Assembly: GCF_041928815.1 (NCBI RefSeq)
Contig: NZ_JBHFEI010000008.1
Span: 198,349-262,348, forward strand
Origin: Ciceribacter sp. sgz301302
GTDB taxonomy: Bacteria; Pseudomonadota; Alphaproteobacteria; Rhizobiales; Rhizobiaceae
Direction of reading: 5' to 3'
Length of the DNA: 64,000 nucleotides
In this document: positions 57,653 to 64,000 of the stretch, piece after piece
Layout of the letters: each line of letters starts with the position of its first letter
Numbering within the stretch: the stretch's first letter is position 1
The notes under the pieces: generated by a model
The model's input: the letters and a program-made list of their open reading frames with translations, nothing else
What the model was told of the DNA's origin: nothing
Database searches by the model: none
Translations under genes and position numbers: made by a program

Positions 57653-58882
57653 ATGCGTTTGTATCGGGTCCTTGCCACAGCCTCCGCCACGCTCCTGCTC
57701 GCCGCCGCTCCGGGGCTTGCAGCGGATGCGCCCTACCAGATCGTCGTCTCGCGCGACCAGCAGTCGCTCGTCGTCTATGACGGCGACACCGTTGTCGCGA
57801 CCTCGCGCGTCTCGACGGGAAAGAAGGGGCACACGACGCCGACCGGGATCTTCTCGATCCTGGAAAAGCGCCGGCACCACCGCTCCAACATCTATTCCAA
57901 CGCGCCGATGCCGTTCATGCAGCGCCTGACCTGGTCGGGGATCGCGCTGCATGCCTCGAACCATGTGCCGAACCATCCGGCCTCCCATGGCTGCATCCGC
58001 ATGCCGAACAGCTTCGCCGAGACGCTCTACAGGATGACCGATCGCGGCCTGCATGTCATCGTCTCCGGCCGGCAGGTGACGCCGCAGGAGGTGGTGCATC
58101 CGCTGCTGTTCCAGCCGCATGTCGCGCCGCCGCCGCTCCTGTCCGACGCGCAGCTGCGTCCGGCCATGTCGAGCGGCGCCGCGGGCCTCGTCGAGGTGGC
58201 GATGACCGAGCCCGCTCCCGGCACCAGCGCAAATCCGCGTGCCGACGCACCGCCGATCCGGATCCTGATCACCCGCAGGGATGCCGCCGACGGCATCCGC
58301 GACCTGCAAGGCGCGCTGGCCGGCCTCGGCTACCTTCCCGGTCCGATCGACGGCCATGCCGGCCCACAGACGATCGACGCGGTGAAGGCGTTCCAGACAG
58401 CAGACGGACAGGAGGCCGACGGGCGTATCTCACCCGAGCTGGTGGCCGCAGTTTACGCGAAGGCCGGAAAGGGATTGCCGCCGAACGGAAGGCTGCTCGT
58501 GCGCCGGAATTTCAAACCGCTTTTCGAAGCCGACGTCACCATCGACCGGCCGGACATGGCGCTCGGCACCCTTTTCCTGCAATTCCAGGATGTCGATACG
58601 GCCGGCACGCGCGGCAAATGGTTTGCGGTCGCGCTCGAGAACACGCTGTCGGCCGCGACGAAGGCGAGGCTCGGCATCACCACCGACAGCGACCCGACTG
58701 CTTTCAACGCCGTGCAGAGGACGCTCGGCCGCATCACCATCGCCGAGGACGTGCGAAGGAAGGTCGAGGAGGCGCTGGTCGAGGGCTCGTCGCTGACCGT
58801 TTCCGACGCCGGCACGACGGCGGAAACCGGACTCGGGACGGATTTCATCACCGTGACCCAGGTCGCGCCGCGCGGCAGGTAA
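57653..58882 (+). CDS. L,D-transpeptidase (YkuD domain) with C-terminal peptidoglycan-binding domain
   Basis: Signal peptide, YkuD catalytic motif (HASNHVPNHPASHGCIRM), PG_binding_1-like (LAGLGYLPGPIDGHAGPQTIDAVKAFQ). Confidence 0.8.
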   Translation: MRLYRVLATASATLLLAAAPGLAADAPYQIVVSRDQQSLVVYDGDTVVATSRVSTGKKGHTTPTGIFSILEKRRHHRSNIYSNAPMPFMQRLTWSGIALHASNHVPNHPASHGCIRMPNSFAETLYRMTDRGLHVIVSGRQVTPQEVVHPLLFQPHVAPPPLLSDAQLRPAMSSGAAGLVEVAMTEPAPGTSANPRADAPPIRILITRRDAADGIRDLQGALAGLGYLPGPIDGHAGPQTIDAVKAFQTADGQEADGRISPELVAAVYAKAGKGLPPNGRLLVRRNFKPLFEADVTIDRPDMALGTLFLQFQDVDTAGTRGKWFAVALENTLSAATKARLGITTDSDPTAFNAVQRTLGRITIAEDVRRKVEEALVEGSSLTVSDAGTTAETGLGTDFITVTQVAPRGR

Positions 58883-59266
58883 GGGGTGTCGGAGACCCCT
58901 CACAGAGTGAGTCGAGGGACGGCCACAAACCGTTGCCTTCGTTTGACAATCCTCCCCGAACCCCGCCGCGCCGGCGTGCACCGCACCAGGATGCGCCTGT
59001 TCCGGGATGCTGGAGTCTTTTCAGGCTCTTGCGTCGCGCCGCGCAGAAAACGATTCATGCGGGTGGCTGGCGCTGAAAGCGTGTCCCAGGAGAGCCTGCC
59101 GCGTCCTTGCGAAAGACATCTGTAAAAACAGCGGCCTGAAGCGCAGGACCGTCTCCGATGAAACGCGATGCGCTTCAGACGATGAATCCGCCGGCCCGGC
59201 CAAGCCTTTGACATTCCTGCCCTGCCAGGGTCGCACGGCAGGTGCGCCCATCCCTCCCTCTTCCGC

Positions 59267-62200
59267 TCAGACGAGCTCGACGTCGATGACGCCCGGAGCG
59301 CTGCGCAGCGCAGCGGCGATCTCCGGCGAGATCCGGTAGCGATCGTTCAGTTCGACCTCGATTTCCCGCTGGCCGTTCTCCTTGATCACGACGAAGGAGA
59401 CGATGCCCTCACCCTTGGCGTTCAGATGGGCGGCGATCGAGCGGAGCGGACCGGAATCGCGCACATAGACCCGAAGCGCCTTCTGCATCGCCAGCGAGCG
59501 TTCCTCCAGCGACTGCACAGTCTGGATCCGCATGCCGATGCCCTCCGGCCGTTCTTCCGCCTGTACGGTCAGGACAACGGAGGTCGCCGGCTCGAGCAGA
59601 TCGCGATACTGCGCCAGCATTTCCGAAAACAGCACTGCCTCGTATTGTCCCGACGCATCGGAAAAGGCGACGATGCCCATCTTGTTGCCGGTGCGGGTCT
59701 TGCGCTCCTGCCGCGAGATGACGGTGCCGGCAAGGCGGCCCGCCGTCGCCCCCTGCTTCACGGCGGCGGCGAAATCGCCATAGTTCTGCACGCGCATCTT
59801 GCCGAGAAGATCCGCATAGGCATCGAGCGGGTGGGCGGAAAGGTAGAAGCCGAGGACCTGGAATTCGCGGTGAAGCTTTTCCGACGGCAGCCAGGGCGGC
59901 GTGTCGGGCAGGCCGATCCGCTCGGGCCCGGTCGCCGCGCCGAGGCCGAACATGTCGCTCTGGCCGCTGACCTTGTTTTCCTGCGCCCGGCCGGCGAAGC
60001 CGATGATGCGGTCGAGGCCGGCGACCAGCGCCGCCCGGTCGTGACCGAAACCATCAAAGGCCCCGGCCGCAATCAGGCTTTCGAAGACGCGGCGGTTGAG
60101 CAGCTTCGGATCGATCCGCAGGCAGAAATCCTCAAGGCTGGCAAAGGGCCTGTCGCCCCGCATCGCGACAACATGCTCTACCGCCGCCTCGCCCACCCCT
60201 TTCAGCGCGCAGAGCGAATAAAGGATCTTTCCCTCGCCCGGCTCGAAGTGGCGGAACGAGGTCTGCACCGAGGGCGGTACGATGGCGATGCCGTGCCGCA
60301 TCGCGTCGAGGCGGAAATCGTTGATCTTGTCGGAATTCGCCATGTCGAGCGTCATCGACGCGGCGAGGAACTCGACCGGGAAATGCGCCTTCACATAGGC
60401 GGTCTGGTAGGAGACGATCGCATAGGCGGCGGCGTGGGACTTGTTGAAGCCGTAATTGGCGAATTTCGCCAGGAGGTCGAAGATCATGTCGGCCTGCGCC
60501 TTTGCGACGCCGTTCTTCACCGCGCCGTCGACGAAGCGCTCGCGCTGCTTGTCCATCTCGGCCTTGATCTTCTTGCCCATGGCGCGGCGCAACAGATCCG
60601 CCTCGCCGAGCGAATAGCCGGACAGGACCTGGGCGATCTGCATCACCTGTTCCTGGTAGACGATGACGCCCTGGGTCTCCTTCAGGAGATGATCGATCAT
60701 CGGATGGATCGATTCGATCTCCTCCTCGCCATGCTTGCGGGCATTGTAGACGGGGATGTTCTCCATCGGGCCGGGGCGGTAGAGGGCGACCAGCGCGATG
60801 ATGTCCTCGATACAGTCCGGCCGCATGCCGATCAGCGCCTTGCGCATGCCGGCACTTTCCACCTGGAACACGCCGACCGTGTCGCCGGCGGAAAGCATGT
60901 CGTAGGTCTTCTTGTCGTCGAGCGGGAGGGCCTCCAGATTGAGGGAGATGCCGCGCCGGGCGATGAAGTCGACGGCGGTCTTCAGCACCGTCAGCGTCTT
61001 CAGCCCGAGAAAGTCGAACTTGACGAGGCCCGCCTGCTCCACCCACTTCATGTTGAACTGGGTGACCGGCATGTCCGAGCGCGGATCGCGATACATCGGC
61101 AGCAGTTCGGCGAGCGGCCGGTCGCCGATGACGATGCCGGCGGCATGGGTCGAGGCGTGGCGGTAAAGGCCCTCGATCTTCTGGGCGATGTCGAGCAGGC
61201 GGGCGACGACCGGCTCCTTCTCCGCCTCCTCGCGCAGCCGCGGCTCCTCCTCGATCGCCTTCGACAGAGGTGTCGGATTGGCGGGGTTGTTCGGGACCAG
61301 CTTGCAGATCTTGTCGACCTGGCCATAGGGCATTTCGAGCACGCGGCCGACGTCGCGCAGCGCCGCCCGCGCCTGCAGCGAGCCGAAGGTGATGATCTGC
61401 GCCACTTGGTCGCGGCCATACTTCTCCTGGACGTAGCGGATCACTTCCTCGCGCCGGTCCTGGCAGAAGTCGATGTCGAAGTCCGGCATCGACACGCGCT
61501 CGGGATTGAGGAAGCGCTCGAAGAGCAGCGAGAAGCGCAGAGGATCGACATCGGTGATCGTCAGGGCGTAGGCGACGAGCGATCCCGCGCCCGAACCGCG
61601 GCCAGGACCGACCGGGATCGCGTGCTGCTTCGCCCACTTGATGAAGTCGGAAACGATCAGGAAATAGCCTGGAAACTTCATCCGCTCGATGACGCCGAGC
61701 TCGAATTCCAGTCTCTCGCGATAGTCGGCCTCGCTGTAGCCCGGCGTCATGCCGAGCGTCGCCAGCCGCTCGGTCAGCCCTTCGTTCGCCTGGTCGCGCA
61801 GTTCCCGCGCCTCCGCCGCATCGGCTGCGGCCGGATCGTTCGACGCGCCGGTGAAGCGCGGCAGGATCGGCGCGCGCGTTTCCAGAACGAAGGCGCATCG
61901 CCGCGCGATCTCGACGCTGTTTTCCAGCGCCTCCGGCAGATCGGCAAAGAGCGCGGCCATCTCCTTGCGCGACTTCAGGTAGTGGTCGGGGGTAAGCCGG
62001 AAACGGCGGTCATCCGAAACCATCGCATTATGGGCCACCGCCATCAGCGCGTCATGGGCATCATAGTCGGCCGGCGTCGGAAAGAAGGCCTCGTTGGTCG
62101 CGACGATCGGCAGGCGCGCGCGATAGGCAAGGTCGAGCATGCGCCCCTCGTGCCGTCGGTCGAACTGGCCCTGGCGCTGCAGTTCGACATACAGCCGGTC

Positions 62201-62764
62201 GCCGAAAAGGGCGGAGAGGACCGTCAGCCGCGCCGTCGCCTGCGGCCCCTGACCGGCGCGCAACGCCATATCGACCGGCCCGCCGCCTGCTCCCGTCAGG
62301 CAGATCAGGCCTTCCGTGCCGATGTCGCGCAGCATCGTCGGCGAGATGCGGGTCGCCTGGCTGCCCTCGCCGCCGAGATAGGCCCGGCTGATCAGCGCGA
62401 CGAGCCGGCGATAGCCCTCGCCCGTCGCCGCAATCAGCACGATCGCCGGCAGTTTGACGAGATGCTGTGCCCCGCGGCGCTCCCCCTCGCCCTCGTCCTC
62501 CATGTCGATCGAGAGCTGGCAGCCGATGATCGGCTGCAAACCGTCACCGATGGCCTTCTGGGCGAATTCCAGTGCGGCGAACAGGTTGTTCGTGTCGGCG
62601 ATGCCGATCGCCGGCTGCGCGTCGGCGACCGCCTTCGAAATGATCTTCTTGACCGGCAGCGCCCCTTCGAGGAGCGAGAAGGCGGAATGCACGCGCAGGT
62701 GCACGAACTGCGGCAGGGTACCCTCGATCGCCGGTCCATCCCCCTGTCCTGCTGCCCCAGCCAT
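59267..62764 (-). CDS. dnaE: DNA polymerase III alpha subunit
   Basis: PHP domain start FVHLRVHSAFSLLEGA, 1165 aa, GGAGG RBS. Confidence 0.95.
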   Translation of the reverse strand: MAGAAGQGDGPAIEGTLPQFVHLRVHSAFSLLEGALPVKKIISKAVADAQPAIGIADTNNLFAALEFAQKAIGDGLQPIIGCQLSIDMEDEGEGERRGAQHLVKLPAIVLIAATGEGYRRLVALISRAYLGGEGSQATRISPTMLRDIGTEGLICLTGAGGGPVDMALRAGQGPQATARLTVLSALFGDRLYVELQRQGQFDRRHEGRMLDLAYRARLPIVATNEAFFPTPADYDAHDALMAVAHNAMVSDDRRFRLTPDHYLKSRKEMAALFADLPEALENSVEIARRCAFVLETRAPILPRFTGASNDPAAADAAEARELRDQANEGLTERLATLGMTPGYSEADYRERLEFELGVIERMKFPGYFLIVSDFIKWAKQHAIPVGPGRGSGAGSLVAYALTITDVDPLRFSLLFERFLNPERVSMPDFDIDFCQDRREEVIRYVQEKYGRDQVAQIITFGSLQARAALRDVGRVLEMPYGQVDKICKLVPNNPANPTPLSKAIEEEPRLREEAEKEPVVARLLDIAQKIEGLYRHASTHAAGIVIGDRPLAELLPMYRDPRSDMPVTQFNMKWVEQAGLVKFDFLGLKTLTVLKTAVDFIARRGISLNLEALPLDDKKTYDMLSAGDTVGVFQVESAGMRKALIGMRPDCIEDIIALVALYRPGPMENIPVYNARKHGEEEIESIHPMIDHLLKETQGVIVYQEQVMQIAQVLSGYSLGEADLLRRAMGKKIKAEMDKQRERFVDGAVKNGVAKAQADMIFDLLAKFANYGFNKSHAAAYAIVSYQTAYVKAHFPVEFLAASMTLDMANSDKINDFRLDAMRHGIAIVPPSVQTSFRHFEPGEGKILYSLCALKGVGEAAVEHVVAMRGDRPFASLEDFCLRIDPKLLNRRVFESLIAAGAFDGFGHDRAALVAGLDRIIGFAGRAQENKVSGQSDMFGLGAATGPERIGLPDTPPWLPSEKLHREFQVLGFYLSAHPLDAYADLLGKMRVQNYGDFAAAVKQGATAGRLAGTVISRQERKTRTGNKMGIVAFSDASGQYEAVLFSEMLAQYRDLLEPATSVVLTVQAEERPEGIGMRIQTVQSLEERSLAMQKALRVYVRDSGPLRSIAAHLNAKGEGIVSFVVIKENGQREIEVELNDRYRISPEIAAALRSAPGVIDVELV

Positions 62765-62873
62765 GCGCGCGCCTCCGATTCCAGACCGACACAGGGTAGC
62801 GCGTCACGGCCAGGCTGTATGCGGGTTCGCGCGTCTGCACACAGGGAAATCGGCAGTCGCCGCAAGGGCTCCG

Positions 62874-62960
62874 TCAAAAAGCGAGGGCGACGAGGGAGAT
62901 GCTGCAGACAAAGAGGGCAATGCTGGCAAGCGCGGCGACGTCGCGGATGAAACCCGTCAT
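62874..62960 (-). CDS. Candidate 28-aa hydrophobic small protein/leader peptide upstream of dnaE
   Basis: ATG preceded by AGGAGAGG SD at -8. Translation MTGFIRDVAALASIALFVCSISLVALAF. No homology assessed. Confidence 0.3.
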   Translation of the reverse strand: MTGFIRDVAALASIALFVCSISLVALAF

Positions 62961-63136
62961 GACCTGATCCTCTCCTGATATGTTTTTATTTTGTTCTATT
63001 TTTGTTCTATCGTCAAGCACAAAACGCGAGACGTGCAAGAACAGCCTCGCCGCATGGTGGCGCAGGTTGCCGGAGAGGAAAGAGGGGACATCAGGGATGC
63101 CCGGCGTCCTCCGGGCTCAAATCTGCCGGCGACAGG

Positions 63137-63820
63137 TCAGAGTTCGACGACCTTGCCGTCCTCGATCGTCACGCGCCGGTCCATCAGGTTGGCCAGATGA
63201 AGATTGTGGGTGGCGATGAGCGCGGCGAGGCCCGACTGCCGCACCAGCGCCTTCAAGGCCTCGAAGACGTAGCCGGCCGTGTCCGGGTCGAGGTTTCCGG
63301 TCGGCTCGTCCGCCAGCAGCGCGAGCGGCGCATTGGCCACCGCGCGGGCGATGGCGACACGCTGCTGCTCGCCGCCGGAAAGTTCGGAGGGGCGGTGATC
63401 GGCGCGATGGGCGATGCGCATATAGTCGAGCAGCGCCGCCGCCCGCTCGCGCGCCTCCGCCTTGCCGAGGCCGGCGATGAGCTGCGGCATCATCACATTC
63501 TCCAGCGCGCTGAACTCCGGCAGGAGATGGTGGAACTGGTAGACGAAGCCGATCTCGCTGCGGCGGATCGCCGTGCGGCGATCGTCGGAGAGATCGGCGC
63601 AGGAGACGCCATTGACCTTGACGTCGCCGCCATCCGGCCGTTCCAGGAGGCCGGCAATGTGCAGAAGCGTCGACTTGCCCGTGCCGGACGGCGCAACCAG
63701 CGCAACGGTCTCGCCGCCATGCAGGCTGAAGTCGGCGCCCGTCAGGATCTTCAGGGCACTGTCGCCCTGGCTGTAATGCCGCTCGACGCCGATGAGCTCT
63801 AATGCAACGCGCGCAATCAT
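63137..63820 (-). CDS. lolD: Lipoprotein-releasing system ATP-binding protein
   Basis: ABC ATPase ([12 protein letters not shown]..., [14 protein letters not shown]), 227 aa. Follows a LolC/E-type permease. Confidence 0.85.
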   Translation of the reverse strand: MIARVALELIGVERHYSQGDSALKILTGADFSLHGGETVALVAPSGTGKSTLLHIAGLLERPDGGDVKVNGVSCADLSDDRRTAIRRSEIGFVYQFHHLLPEFSALENVMMPQLIAGLGKAEARERAAALLDYMRIAHRADHRPSELSGGEQQRVAIARAVANAPLALLADEPTGNLDPDTAGYVFEALKALVRQSGLAALIATHNLHLANLMDRRVTIEDGKVVEL

Positions 63821-63837
63821 GGGGAGGTCGTTCCTGG

Positions 63838-64000
63838 CTATTCGTAACGGAGGGCCTGGACCGGATCGAGCCGCGAAGCGCGCCAGGCCGGGAAGATGGT
63901 GGCGAGGAAGGACAGAGCCAGCGCCATGACGACGACGGCGACGGTCTCGCCGGCATTCATGTCGGCCGGGAGTTGGCTGAGAAAGTAGAGCTCTGGATTG
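63838..64000 (-). CDS. LolC/LolE-family (FtsX-like) permease, C-terminal fragment; gene starts beyond the window end
   Basis: RC translation ...[53 protein letters not shown]. Confidence 0.7.
   Translation of the reverse strand, partial: NPELYFLSQLPADMNAGETVAVVVMALALSFLATIFPAWRASRLDPVQALRYE

Noticed and set aside
59426-62950. 1174-aa + ORF antisense to dnaE
   Set aside because: Artefact opposite a 1165-aa DnaE.

Overview
High-GC (~65%) chromosomal core region that looks alphaproteobacterial (Rhizobiales-like synteny). It is densely packed with housekeeping genes on both strands. Main contents: a SorC-regulated sugar ABC uptake operon; NDH-2 divergent from a compact aa3/caa3-type cytochrome c oxidase module (CtaG-like, HemJ-like, lipoprotein CoxII, fused CoxI-CoxIII, small subunit); nadK; prfB with its programmed +1 frameshift; mrcA; amiC; rne with a long 5' leader; dsbA-like; aroQ-accB-accC-aat; a gatB / gatC-gatA region interleaved with three GNAT genes, an SPFH gene and two tRNA-like elements; ruvX; pyrB with a degenerate pyrC'; plsY; dprA; topA; rnr; rpmG; divK-pleD; dinB; an L,D-transpeptidase; dnaE; and lolD plus part of lolC/E. 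I found no CRISPR array, IS element, integrase or recognisable defence island. I did not find a clear novel multi-gene system. The less ordinary signals are: (a) a ~1 kb non-coding stretch between convergent rpmG and pleD holding three intrinsic terminators and a long palindrome, which is a candidate sRNA locus; (b) two ATGA-coupled small membrane-protein ORFs overlapping the 3' end of ruvX; (c) a 28-aa hydrophobic ORF with a strong SD and tandem 11-bp repeats upstream of dnaE; (d) a ~240-bp AT-rich island upstream of topA; (e) two tandem tRNA-like elements whose anticodon loops I could not fold canonically by hand; (f) a perfect 16-bp palindrome and other operator-like inverted repeats. All calls rest on reading translations and motifs by eye, with no database searches.
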